From IMG/VR virus record IMGVR_UViG_3300005748_000015, positions 64,194 to 128,193 of that record: 64,000 nucleotides of DNA; one strand, written 5' to 3'. A program made the position numbers and the translations under genes. Under the pieces are notes generated by a model. That model did no database searches and was not told the DNA's origin. It saw only the letters and a program-made list of their open reading frames with translations. Each line of letters opens with the position of its first letter. Within the stretch, counting starts at the first letter, position 1. Origin of the DNA: a virus. Positions 1-9,434 of this stretch are shown piece after piece.

Positions 1-95
1 TAATCTGTCATACCACTCGCTTCTTTTTCTAATTTTTCTATATCATCAAATATATCCTGAACTATATGCAGAATATTTATTTCTTTACTATCCAT
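1..95 (-). CDS. hypothetical protein, runs off the window edge
   Basis: ATG at 95 directly after the stop of 97..294; frame MDSKEINILHIVQ... is open to base 1. Confidence 0.5.
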   Translation of the reverse strand, partial: MDSKEINILHIVQDIFDDIEKLEKEASGMTD

Positions 96-96
96 A

Positions 97-294
97 TTAC
101 GACACCTTTGTATTTATGTCAAAAAAATATTTTTTTAATTTTGCAGTTTTAATTTCAATAACGGAAAAGTCTTTTTTATAATACAATGCATATCTTACTT
201 TTGCATCGCCATTTTCGTAAATATGAAAAACTCTAAGTATTTCACATCCTAAATCTGTTGTATCATTTGTATATCTGCCGCATAATTCTTGCAT
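97..294 (-). CDS. hypothetical protein
   Basis: 65-aa ORF coupled to the upstream gene by a TAATG overlap. Confidence 0.6.
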   Translation of the reverse strand: MQELCGRYTNDTTDLGCEILRVFHIYENGDAKVRYALYYKKDFSVIEIKTAKLKKYFFDINTKVS

Positions 295-941
295 TACAAC
301 TCCACAATTTTTAATAGATCATTATCTTGACCTACACTCATTAGGTTTGCTTGACTTGCTTTCTTCATAATATCACACAATCTAATGTATATTTCTTTTT
401 GCATATGAACATCATCCTTGGCTCGGTGGGCAGTACCCTTAGGTAGCCCAAAGTATTCGATAAGACTACTAATGCTACCAACATTTCCTGGCAACATATC
501 TAGCTCTTTAAGCCACGTAACTATTCCTGTAGTATCTAATGAGTTATGATTGATTCCACATTTTTTCATTTGACTTTCTGTAAGAAAACCTTGGATTTTC
601 ATAAAAGGAATATCAAAAGCTACAATGTTTTGCCCAAGGAATCTGTAGTGTTTTTGTTTTCTAGGAATTTTGTGGCGATTAAGCATTGCTATAAGCTTTT
701 CACGACCTTCTGTATACGTTATTGTGTCTGGATTGTCAAGATGTTCTTCGGGATTTATATCGGTAACTTTAAAAGCTTCTTTGGTTCCGTGTATTTTACC
801 CTCATCATTTTTTAAATACAAATGTAGGTCTTCTAATAAATTCCAATCTTTATCCCAGATTGCAAAATAAGCTTCGTTAATGGTGTGGTTAACCATATCA
901 AAGCCTCCTGTTTCTAGGTCAAAGCCTAAGTAATGTGCCAT
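294..941 (-). CDS. DEDDh 3'-5' exonuclease (DnaQ/RNase T-like)
   Basis: ExoI FDLETGG, ExoII QNIVAFD, ExoIII HRAKDD. Confidence 0.85.
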   Translation of the reverse strand: MAHYLGFDLETGGFDMVNHTINEAYFAIWDKDWNLLEDLHLYLKNDEGKIHGTKEAFKVTDINPEEHLDNPDTITYTEGREKLIAMLNRHKIPRKQKHYRFLGQNIVAFDIPFMKIQGFLTESQMKKCGINHNSLDTTGIVTWLKELDMLPGNVGSISSLIEYFGLPKGTAHRAKDDVHMQKEIYIRLCDIMKKASQANLMSVGQDNDLLKIVEL

Positions 942-1132
942 TATTTCACCTCGTAATCATCGTAATAAACTGGTTTTACTTCTGTTAATATTTCTATTCC
1001 TATAATCTGGCCGTCCTTATCAAAGTCTATACAAATACCATTACCCATATCTTTGGTTGTAAGTGGCTTCATTTTTTCTTTAAATTCTTTAACACTTAGA
1101 TAACTGGCATAATTTCCTATTTTTAATTGCAT
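941..1132 (-). CDS. DUF2283-like small protein
   Basis: Pattern xYL...GICIDFDKDGQIIGIEIL is typical of DUF2283. Confidence 0.65.
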   Translation of the reverse strand: MQLKIGNYASYLSVKEFKEKMKPLTTKDMGNGICIDFDKDGQIIGIEILTEVKPVYYDDYEVK

Positions 1133-1149
1133 AATACCCCTATAAAAAA

Positions 1150-1240
1150 TGGTGGGGGCTTAGGTTGTACATTATTAGTCGCTAAACCGAATGCCCCATG
1201 CTACCATACGTTTTACGCATTTGTGTATGGATGCCCCCTT
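1150..1240 (-). ncRNA. tRNA-like small RNA with acceptor-like stem and encoded ACCA end
   Basis: 5' GGGGGC pairs with 3' GCCCCC-A-CCA; internal stems CCATAC/GTATGG and GGTT/AACC; own promoter upstream and a T-run downstream. Confidence 0.55.
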
Positions 1241-1246
1241 GTTTAT

Positions 1247-1275
1247 ATAGTATCATATAAAGAAAGCGACCTCAA
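1247..1275 (-). promoter_or_regulatory. sigma70-type promoter for the small RNA
   Basis: TTGAGG-17 nt-TACTAT with extended TG. Confidence 0.7.
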
Positions 1276-1287
1276 GTAAAAGGTCGC
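1259..1287 (-). terminator. intrinsic terminator
   Basis: GCGACCT/AGGTCGC 7-bp stem followed by TTTCTTT. Confidence 0.7.
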
Positions 1288-1320
1288 CAAAAGAGATAAA
1301 ATGTTTAATTTATTTTTTAG

Positions 1321-1530
1321 CTAAACGCCAAGATTATTTTTTAATTTTTGAATTGCTGACTGATAAGTTTCTTCAACCTCTTCCTCAGTCATATTAAGAA
1401 CTTTGGCAATTGTATGAATTTCAACGCCTTCAGGATATTTTTCTATAAGTTTGGATAGACTATTTTTGAATTTTGGGTAATCTATAAAATCTTCGTCATT
1501 TAATATTTTATGCTTTTTTTCGTTTTTCAT
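1321..1530 (-). CDS. small HTH protein, sigma region-4-like
   Basis: IAKVLNMTEEEVEETYQSAIQKLK; ATG at 1530 preferred over the ORF-track start. Confidence 0.6.
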   Translation of the reverse strand: MKNEKKHKILNDEDFIDYPKFKNSLSKLIEKYPEGVEIHTIAKVLNMTEEEVEETYQSAIQKLKNNLGV

Positions 1531-1924
1531 GTGGAAACTCCAATACATTATTTTCAAATTGTAATCTATAAGCCCTTTCAAATCTTTCCATTTCTTCTTT
1601 GTGAAACATTTCTTTTCTTATTAGCATTTGCTCAAGTGGCTGAACTTTTTGCCTGTAATATTTTACTCTAGTTTCAACTAATTTTTTTTGCTGTTTTATT
1701 TTTTTAAATTCATTTAAAGAAACAGCGGCTTTTGTGTTATGTAAAAAATCTATATTCTCTTCTATTTTTTTTAACATTATTTTATTATATTCAAGTTCGT
1801 TTTTAAACCGTTCAAGGTCCTTGGAGATCATACAAAGTTCCAGCTCCATTCCTAAAATTTTACTTCTTAACTGTTTAACTTCCCTCGTTTCCTTCACCCT
1901 CGTCAATCCTTCTTCTAAAGCCAC
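1508..1924 (-). CDS. coiled-coil hypothetical protein
   Basis: 138-aa ORF with heptad-like pattern. Confidence 0.6.
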   Translation of the reverse strand: MALEEGLTRVKETREVKQLRSKILGMELELCMISKDLERFKNELEYNKIMLKKIEENIDFLHNTKAAVSLNEFKKIKQQKKLVETRVKYYRQKVQPLEQMLIRKEMFHKEEMERFERAYRLQFENNVLEFPHEKRKKA

Positions 1925-2309
1925 ACTTACAACTTAAAACTTTACTTTTTGTAAAGTTCATTACTGCATAACCTTCACCTTTGATAGTATCACATTCAGG
2001 ACATTTTTTTAATATAATATTCTTGTTTTGTTCCATTTCTTGTTTTTTTCTACCTCTTTCGGTTTCTTTATATTTAAAACTATCTACCAATTCTATAATG
2101 TCTTCTACTTTTTCATTCGACAATTTTTCATTAATATACTGGCAACTTTTATCAAAGGCTCTTTGTAAACTTGCCAAGTCTTGTTCTAATTTTTTAACTT
2201 TGTTTTTTTCTCTCTTTAAATCCGATTTAAGTTTTTTATTTGCATCTTTTATTCTTCCTTCACGATCTTCTGGATATACCATTTTCAACTTTCGGTTATT
2301 CTTTGCCAC
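1875..2309 (-). CDS. coiled-coil protein with C-terminal Zn ribbon
   Basis: CPEC...CKCG; GTG start with AGGAG RBS. Confidence 0.7.
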   Translation of the reverse strand: MAKNNRKLKMVYPEDREGRIKDANKKLKSDLKREKNKVKKLEQDLASLQRAFDKSCQYINEKLSNEKVEDIIELVDSFKYKETERGRKKQEMEQNKNIILKKCPECDTIKGEGYAVMNFTKSKVLSCKCGFRRRIDEGEGNEGS

Positions 2310-2337
2310 GAACTCTCCTTGTGTAGAGTTTATAGTT

Positions 2338-2345
2338 TAAAGATT
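2338..2345 (-). promoter_or_regulatory. AATCTTTA putative late promoter motif
   Basis: Same motif precedes about 10 other genes in the window. Confidence 0.5.
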
Positions 2346-2385
2346 ACTTCTAAAGAATATTAACTAAATAATTAGAATTACTAGC

Positions 2386-3558
2386 CTATTCGAGCAGTAT
2401 ATTAAAACTTCGATACATTTTATAGCGTCTATTTTGAGAATTTACAAAACTATTAAGCGTTTGCGATGCCTCTCCATTAAACCCTAAAACAGAAGCAAAA
2501 CTATCATTTCCAGTTAAACATCCGTTTATTTGTATCCTTCCGTTTTTAAAGCTTGTAGGCTCATGAAAGTGACCGCCCCTCATGTAATCAATCAAAGTGT
2601 CTAATTGATGAGCACGTTTTGTCATGTGAGCTTCTAAGGCTTTTCTATCAGGACTTTTGCAATTATCATAGTGTTCATACAAAACATTGTTTCCATAAAT
2701 ATCTATAATAGCCCAAGGCTCTTTAGGTATTACAAACTCAATGTTTTTTAAACCAGCTACTTCTGCAAAATCTTTTATGGCGTTATATATAACGTATGTA
2801 AAATTTTCTTCACCTGGATCATGCATAGTTCTTTGTGTTCCATCTCTATCGTGATTACCAGTTACACCTACAACTCTCATAGGAATACCTAGTTTATTAA
2901 TCGGAACAATTACTTTTGAAAACAAAGTTTTTAAAGCTTCATGAATTTGTTTTGCATTTCCAAACTCACATCCTTTAGCAGATTCCAAAACATGCATAGA
3001 ATAGTTTTCTATAATATCGCCTAAAAAAGCCACGACTATTTCATCAATATTATATTCTTTACTATCTCTTTCAATTTCACTTATAGTAGCATGAACAACT
3101 TCGTCTAGTCTTTCTTTTAATATTTCTAAATTAAAACTACCCGTTAACTTGCCAAAATGAATATCTGACAACAGCAACTCTTTTGTCATACCCTTCTTTC
3201 TTTTGCTTTTTTTGGCTTTTTTACCGCTTGCTATTTTTATTTTGTTTATTTCTTTAGCGGCAGACTTTACGGAATCTAATATGTCGTCCCAATCATTCCA
3301 CGCTTGAAGTATTGTTCTATTCTCTTTTGAAGTATAAGAGTTAGATTTTTTTGTTCTAGCAATATCTTTTAACTTTTTAATATGATAATCATCACTATCA
3401 AAAGAGTTTTTGTACTTGTGATAAGCTTGTTTTATTTCTAACTCATCCAATTCAACCCCAAACTTTTTAGCAAATTTGCCAGCTATTTCATCAAACGCAC
3501 GTTTACTTATTTGTTTTTGATGTAATATAAAAGCTATTTGTTCATCTGTAAATTTCAT
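2386..3558 (-). CDS. calcineurin-like metallophosphoesterase with N-terminal HTH-like region
   Basis: SDIHFG, GDII, GNHDR, EH, GHFH motifs. Confidence 0.85.
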   Translation of the reverse strand: MKFTDEQIAFILHQKQISKRAFDEIAGKFAKKFGVELDELEIKQAYHKYKNSFDSDDYHIKKLKDIARTKKSNSYTSKENRTILQAWNDWDDILDSVKSAAKEINKIKIASGKKAKKSKRKKGMTKELLLSDIHFGKLTGSFNLEILKERLDEVVHATISEIERDSKEYNIDEIVVAFLGDIIENYSMHVLESAKGCEFGNAKQIHEALKTLFSKVIVPINKLGIPMRVVGVTGNHDRDGTQRTMHDPGEENFTYVIYNAIKDFAEVAGLKNIEFVIPKEPWAIIDIYGNNVLYEHYDNCKSPDRKALEAHMTKRAHQLDTLIDYMRGGHFHEPTSFKNGRIQINGCLTGNDSFASVLGFNGEASQTLNSFVNSQNRRYKMYRSFNILLE

Positions 3559-3567
3559 ACAAATCCC

Positions 3568-4191
3568 CTACTCTTCTTGAGCGACTTGCTCTTCTTGAAT
3601 ATCAGCGTTTGCTGTTACCAATTCTTGTTCTTCAACTTGCTCATCTTCAACAGTTTGTTCTGCTTGCTCTGCCCCAAGCTCATTAATGGTAACATTATAA
3701 ATTTCCATTATTTCAAGATCAAGCTTGTCTTCTTCGCCTTTGATTAATTCTCCAACTTTTTTACCTATAAATTTGTTTTGTAGCTCTTCAACTAGTCTTG
3801 AAGTTAAAAATTGAATTCTAGGATTTTCAACGGTACCATTTTTATTAAGCTCACGAGCTACAACTAAAGAATTATCTGTAACTTCTTCAGCTGCTGTAAT
3901 TTGTTTTGCATTTACCAAATCGTCAACTCTATCTTTTAAGGCTTGCTCTTTTAACATTACAACTTTTTCATTGATGTTATTGTTTGAAAGCGATTTACCT
4001 TCATTTGACAATGCAATTACTGACTCTAGTTTTTCATGCAATAATTGTAATGCATCTTTTAAGATATCATTTTCTCTTGACAAATTGAAAACAATCATCT
4101 CAAGCTCTCCAACTCTTCTTTGTGTAGGAACTAGTGCCGATTCAATTGCCGATAGTCTTTCACTTGCCTTAACTTTTTTTGATTCACTCAT
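3568..4191 (-). CDS. hypothetical protein
   Basis: 207-aa ORF within the operon. Confidence 0.7.
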   Translation of the reverse strand: MSESKKVKASERLSAIESALVPTQRRVGELEMIVFNLSRENDILKDALQLLHEKLESVIALSNEGKSLSNNNINEKVVMLKEQALKDRVDDLVNAKQITAAEEVTDNSLVVARELNKNGTVENPRIQFLTSRLVEELQNKFIGKKVGELIKGEEDKLDLEIMEIYNVTINELGAEQAEQTVEDEQVEEQELVTANADIQEEQVAQEE

Positions 4192-4194
4192 TTA

Positions 4195-5052
4195 TTACCC
4201 CTTTTGTTGTGCTTTTTGCAAAGCAGCCATTTTCATTATTCTTCCAAAGTCACTCATTTTTGTATCTTGCATTGCTACCTTTTGTGAATAGTAGCTATTT
4301 ACTGCGTCTTGATTTATGTTTGTTTTAGGAACAGGCCTTCTATGTCTTTGTGCAACAATCTCATTTGCCTCTTCTAAACTTTTACCCTTAAACCTATCCA
4401 TAAATCCAATTTCTTCATTGTCAGATTTTTGAATATCAACATCCGGTTTGCTTATTTGTTGTACAGGTCTTTTTTTCTTTATTTTTTTTGTCTGTTTTTT
4501 TACATTTTTTGTTGCTTGTTTTTTCTGACCACCCAATGAATTCAACCTTTTAGTCGGTTCTTGTTTTTTTACTGTATTCAATTCATTTTTAACAGGCTCT
4601 GAATTGGAAGTGCTATCTGTCATACCCTTAGACATTTTACTAGCAACTTTCTTTAGTACCTGAATTTCAAGCTTACTAAAGTCGGACTGTATTGTTACTG
4701 GTTGTGCTTCTTTTTTAGCTCTCATACCGAGCATTTCTTCTAGTTTTTCAAGAATAAAATCTTTAAGTTGTTTTTGCACGTTTGCAATTGCTGTAGGATC
4801 AGCATCAACGCCTTCAAATAAATTATGATTTATAAGCATATTGTAAAGTCTACCCTGTTCCAATCTAACATGGGCTTCATTAACAGTATCGATTTCTTCT
4901 TCATCATCGTCATACTCTTCAATAAAGTCTTCGTAGAACTCTTCGTCATAATCGTAACTAATATTATTTTCAATAGCTTCCTGTTTGTCACGTAGCTCTT
5001 GTTCGCTTGGATATTCTCTATCCCACATTCCCATTTCTAAATCATTACTCAT
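4195..5052 (-). CDS. hypothetical protein
   Basis: 285-aa ORF preceded by TGTGATATTAT promoter (5075-5085). Confidence 0.7.
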   Translation of the reverse strand: MSNDLEMGMWDREYPSEQELRDKQEAIENNISYDYDEEFYEDFIEEYDDDEEEIDTVNEAHVRLEQGRLYNMLINHNLFEGVDADPTAIANVQKQLKDFILEKLEEMLGMRAKKEAQPVTIQSDFSKLEIQVLKKVASKMSKGMTDSTSNSEPVKNELNTVKKQEPTKRLNSLGGQKKQATKNVKKQTKKIKKKRPVQQISKPDVDIQKSDNEEIGFMDRFKGKSLEEANEIVAQRHRRPVPKTNINQDAVNSYYSQKVAMQDTKMSDFGRIMKMAALQKAQQKG

Positions 5053-5087
5053 ATATTACCCCATGTTTATTAATATAATATCACACA

Positions 5088-6830
5088 CTATCCTTCGCAG
5101 GATGCACATCCATCATCTCTACTGGCTACATCAGCTTGAATACCAGCTTTTGATCTACAGTAATAAAGTGTTTTTACTCCATTTTTCCAAGCCTCAATGT
5201 GTACACTATTAAAATAGCTAGGCTTTACATCTACTGGAAAAAACAAGTTCAAACTTTGAGATTGACATATAAACTTTTGTCTTTGAGCCGCTTGTTGTAC
5301 AATACTCATTTGATTAATCTCATAAGCTGTTTTAAATATGTTTTTTTCTTCATCAGATAAGAAGGCCAGATGTTGAACTGATCCGTGTTTTCTAGCAATG
5401 TCTTTCCAAATTTTTTCATCATTCTTTCCATGCTTATCTAATAATATCATAAGATGTGGATTTTTTCTAATAAAAGTTCCCTTGGCTGTTTTGTCTACAT
5501 AAGCATTGGCAATTATAGGCTCAATTCCTGCCGAAACATCACCTGATATTATAGAGTTAGATCGTGTTGGAGCAATAGCTGTAAGATGTGAGTTAAACAT
5601 TCCTGTGCCCTCACACCATTCAGGTTCCCCAAATTCATAAGCCATTGACTTAGATTGTTTTACAGCTTCTTTGTTTATATACTTAAATATTTCAGCATTT
5701 AACATCATTGTTTGAAATCCTTCAAATGCCATATTTTTAGATTGTAAAAGTGTATGCCAACCTAATACACCAATACCGATGGCACGACCTTTTTTGGCAT
5801 GTCTAACAACTTTTTCTAATCCAGATATTTGAGAGCCTTTATCAATAAACTCGTCTAATACAGCGTTTAAAAACAACGTAGCTACTGCTGGTATCGAATA
5901 CCCTCTAATGTTGGTATTTCTCCATTCGTCCCATCGTGATAAATTTAACGAAGCCAAGCAACAAATAAAACTATGATCATCGTCTGTATAAAGCGTGATC
6001 TCACTACAAATATTTGTCATGTCAATTTTAAGATCGTTTTTTTTGTAAGCTTCTGGATTGTTGTTATTTACATTATCTTTATACATAATGTAAGGCTCAC
6101 CTGTTTCCATACGAGATTTCATAAGTTCAGCCCATTTAGCTCTAGCTTTGTAGTCACCGTCTAATACTTTTTCCATAAAATTATTATCAATAACAGTACA
6201 GTGGTGTAAGTTTTGACACTGACGATTTACATCGCCTTCTGGCCTTCTCATTCTTACAAACTCATGCCAATCACCATGTTCAATGTTTAGATTAGCAGAT
6301 GCTGCTCCACGCCTAGTAGAGCCTTGAGATATACCGATAACCGTTGAGTCGTATATTTTCATAAAAGGAATGATACCTTCTGAACTACCATTCTCACCAT
6401 TTTTAATTAAAGAACCTCTTGGGCGAACTCTTTGTAAGTTTATACCTACTCCACCACCACCTTTGGTTAGTAAGGCAAGCTCTGTAGCGCACCCCATAAT
6501 ACTCTGTATAGAGTCTCCTACGTCATTTCCATAACAAGATATAGGTAACCCCCTATCAAGGCCTAGATTAGACAGTACAGGGCTTGCAGGGCATAACCAA
6601 TTGTTCCACATGGCCTGAAAAAACATGCCAGATAAATGATGATAAGACATATGAAAGTTACGATCTTTCAAGTACTTAGCTGCACTTTTGGCTACACGCT
6701 CGTACATTTTACGAGGCGTTTCGCCTTTAAGTCTGTAACCTCTTGAAATTGTTATATACCCTGCTTTCGTGTACCACTCCGGTGCCTCCCCTTTCTTTTT
6801 CAATTCATTTAACTCTTTTTCGTAATCCAC
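5088..6830 (-). CDS. nrdA: ribonucleoside-diphosphate reductase alpha subunit, class Ia, no ATP cone
   Basis: PISC, GGGVG, TNICSEI, APTRSNS, KTLYY, C-terminal CASCEG. Confidence 0.95.
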   Translation of the reverse strand: MDYEKELNELKKKGEAPEWYTKAGYITISRGYRLKGETPRKMYERVAKSAAKYLKDRNFHMSYHHLSGMFFQAMWNNWLCPASPVLSNLGLDRGLPISCYGNDVGDSIQSIMGCATELALLTKGGGGVGINLQRVRPRGSLIKNGENGSSEGIIPFMKIYDSTVIGISQGSTRRGAASANLNIEHGDWHEFVRMRRPEGDVNRQCQNLHHCTVIDNNFMEKVLDGDYKARAKWAELMKSRMETGEPYIMYKDNVNNNNPEAYKKNDLKIDMTNICSEITLYTDDDHSFICCLASLNLSRWDEWRNTNIRGYSIPAVATLFLNAVLDEFIDKGSQISGLEKVVRHAKKGRAIGIGVLGWHTLLQSKNMAFEGFQTMMLNAEIFKYINKEAVKQSKSMAYEFGEPEWCEGTGMFNSHLTAIAPTRSNSIISGDVSAGIEPIIANAYVDKTAKGTFIRKNPHLMILLDKHGKNDEKIWKDIARKHGSVQHLAFLSDEEKNIFKTAYEINQMSIVQQAAQRQKFICQSQSLNLFFPVDVKPSYFNSVHIEAWKNGVKTLYYCRSKAGIQADVASRDDGCASCEG

Positions 6831-7066
6831 TCGTGTATCTCCTTAATTTTATCAACAAAAACATCTTTTGACATATCTCTTTTCATATAGTTGCATTCAC
6901 TACAACAAGGTACTACGTTATCTTTATTGTGAGGTAATTTTTGATTTAACCTATCTAGTCCGTTATATATAAAAAAACATTTTTCTATATTATCTCGAAA
7001 AGACATTTGTGTAAAATATTCTTCACCTTTTAATTGAAGCTCTTCTAATTCTTTTTGTAATGACAT
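6809..7066 (-). pseudogene. truncated HNH endonuclease remnant with an NrdA-like N-terminus
   Basis: GLDRLN...NVVPCCSECNYMK His-Me-finger tail; N-terminus LQKELEELQLKGE resembles NrdA YEKELNELKKKGE. Confidence 0.6.
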
Positions 7067-7069
7067 TTT

Positions 7070-7279
7070 CTACCCTTTAAATCCTATTTCTTTCATTTCT
7101 GAATCGGTAAAACAAATATTGTAATGTATATACTCTCTACCACAATCCTCGTGTTCTTCTGATTTGTATCCACTCACATTCCCAGCAATAAAGGGGATAT
7201 TACATATAACCTCTTTTTTACACTTTAAACATTTACCTTTAATATATTCTTTGGGCCAAGGTCTTTTTTCTTTACTCAT
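7070..7279 (-). CDS. small Cys/His-rich hypothetical protein
   Basis: CLKC...HEDC; coupled to nrdB. Confidence 0.55.
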   Translation of the reverse strand: MSKEKRPWPKEYIKGKCLKCKKEVICNIPFIAGNVSGYKSEEHEDCGREYIHYNICFTDSEMKEIGFKG

Positions 7280-8244
7280 TATTCTTCCTCAAATAAATTA
7301 TCTATTGTAAATTGACACTTAGCATAATCGGTAACACGACTACTAAAAAAATCTGTCAACTTAGTTCCACCACTAAGCTCATCAAACCATGCCATTTTTT
7401 TGAGACTTTCCTGGTCAATATTTTTCCAGTTAGTTTTAAGTCCTAAATCATGTAGTTTAGCATTAGCCCTCATTCTAATAAAATTTTTAAGATCACTAGG
7501 ATTAAGGCCTCTAATTTCGCCTAAGCTAAATGCGTTTTCAATAAAATCATCCTCTAGCTTTACCGATAGTCTTGCTGCATTGTATATTTCTTTTTTAAGT
7601 TCATCATCCCATATGTCAGGATTTTCTTCAATAAAAGTTCTGAACAACCAGCAACCAGCTTCTGAATGTAAGGATTCATCACGCACTGACCAGCTAACTA
7701 TTGTTTCAACGCCTTCTAACAAATTAAAACGTGAAAAATTCATAAGTATTGCAAAGGAACTAAATAAATTTACACCTTCAGTAAATCCACTAAATATAGC
7801 CAGTGATCTAGCTATATCTCTTTTGCTTTTGCCTTTAACTTGTTTTAGTGCGTCTAATTTTGCAACAGCAGTTTCGTCTTGTAAAAATGCTGAATAATCA
7901 TCTAAACCCAAACTATCATTAAGATATGAATATCCTACAATATGAATACTTTCCATTGCGCCAAAAGCTGATGCCATCATAGCTATTTCAGGCTTTGGAA
8001 ACCATTTAGAAATTCTTGTGCTCCAATATTCATTAACATTTATTTCTGTTTGCGTAAATGATTTCAATATCTGACCTATCACAAGTCTTTCTGAATTGGT
8101 TAGTTTACCTTTCCAATCACTAATATCTTTTGACATAGCTACTTCTGATGGTAGCCAGTGTGCGTTTTGTTGTTTTTCAAAGTATTCGTAAGCACGATTG
8201 TACTCAAAAGGTTTGTAGACTTCTCTGGGTTTTGTTAACGGCAT
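7279..8244 (-). CDS. nrdB: ribonucleotide reductase beta subunit
   Basis: HWLPSEV, ESIH, EGVNLFSSF, RDESLH, C-terminal DFFSSRVTDY. Confidence 0.95.
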   Translation of the reverse strand: MPLTKPREVYKPFEYNRAYEYFEKQQNAHWLPSEVAMSKDISDWKGKLTNSERLVIGQILKSFTQTEINVNEYWSTRISKWFPKPEIAMMASAFGAMESIHIVGYSYLNDSLGLDDYSAFLQDETAVAKLDALKQVKGKSKRDIARSLAIFSGFTEGVNLFSSFAILMNFSRFNLLEGVETIVSWSVRDESLHSEAGCWLFRTFIEENPDIWDDELKKEIYNAARLSVKLEDDFIENAFSLGEIRGLNPSDLKNFIRMRANAKLHDLGLKTNWKNIDQESLKKMAWFDELSGGTKLTDFFSSRVTDYAKCQFTIDNLFEEE

Positions 8245-8296
8245 ATCACTCCTTGCAACTTTAACTTACAACCATAATATCATATTGTTTTTGAAA

Positions 8297-9097
8297 TCAG
8301 AAGTAAAAAATTCTACGGGTAATTAATATTGATATAAACAAAAGTAAAACACGAAAAAATGCTTTACCATACGCTTTGTATCTTATTAAATCAGAAACTT
8401 CTTTTGTAGCACCAGCCGCTTGTTTTTCTTTAAGCTCAATTAATTTTGTTGTCAACTTTTCTTTTTCTAATCTTGTTGCAGAATAATTCCGTGGCCAATC
8501 TTTTTTAAGATAGTAATCCATGTCTTTTTGTTTTTGTTTTATTTGCTCTTCTAACAATATAATTTGTTGAGCGATTACATTTGTATTACTTGTAGTTTTA
8601 CTACTATCAATAAAAGTTTTTGATGTAATAACAAATAGCATTAAACAAAAAATACTTGTTCGTAAAACTCCAACTGCTGCTGTTTGTATTTTTGTATCAG
8701 AACGATATCCAGATAAAAATATAAAACATACTTCTGTTAGAATTGCTTTTACATAAGTCTTAGTATTAATAGAACCATCAATAGAATAAAACTCTAAAGC
8801 TTCACTTACAAGAAAGCCTGTGATAGTAACCAATAGTAAAAAATAAAATAACTTGCTAATGTTTCCAAAAACTGTATTATAAATCCACCTTTTTAGCCGT
8901 GATTGTTTCCACTTGTCAAGGTTTTCTTGGCTAAATACTGTATAAACTGACAAAGAAGAATCACTAAAAATTTTTCTAATAAGATCGTTAATCTCATCAA
9001 GAAAAGACATAGTTTCTTTTTCACTATCTTCTAACTCTACTTGATAGTCTCTTCTAAGTTTGTTTACCTTGTCTAATATTTCTTGATCATTTTTCAT
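8297..9097 (-). CDS. multi-pass membrane protein with coiled coil
   Basis: Three to four hydrophobic segments. Confidence 0.7.
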   Translation of the reverse strand: MKNDQEILDKVNKLRRDYQVELEDSEKETMSFLDEINDLIRKIFSDSSLSVYTVFSQENLDKWKQSRLKRWIYNTVFGNISKLFYFLLLVTITGFLVSEALEFYSIDGSINTKTYVKAILTEVCFIFLSGYRSDTKIQTAAVGVLRTSIFCLMLFVITSKTFIDSSKTTSNTNVIAQQIILLEEQIKQKQKDMDYYLKKDWPRNYSATRLEKEKLTTKLIELKEKQAAGATKEVSDLIRYKAYGKAFFRVLLLFISILITRRIFYF

Positions 9098-9434
9098 CTT
9101 TATATTCTTTATTTAAGAAATCATCCCAATTAAAATTATCATTAACATCTACAGCATAAATTTTTTCTTCTTGTTTATCAATACAAATGTCACGCTTCCA
9201 TTGTGTGGTATCTTTAATTTCCGCACCATCTACAAAACCTGGATGTTCAAAGGTAGCAACATAAGGGATAGAAAGATTATAAACGCCTAATTCCTCAATA
9301 CTGATTAATTCTGTATCAAAAGGCAACTGTACCATTACATACCCTACACACCTGTCTATGCATTCTTTTATTTTGTACTTGTCATTTCCACACATCACTC
9401 CAGATACTTCAAATTTATATGTAATCTGTCCCAT
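9087..9434 (-). CDS. hypothetical protein
   Basis: ORF packed tightly in the operon. Confidence 0.6.
   Translation of the reverse strand: MGQITYKFEVSGVMCGNDKYKIKECIDRCVGYVMVQLPFDTELISIEELGVYNLSIPYVATFEHPGFVDGAEIKDTTQWKRDICIDKQEEKIYAVDVNDNFNWDDFLNKEYKDEK

Noticed and set aside
1150-1240. tmRNA or tRNA-Ala
   Set aside because: Too short for tmRNA, no G3:U70 pair, no canonical T arm
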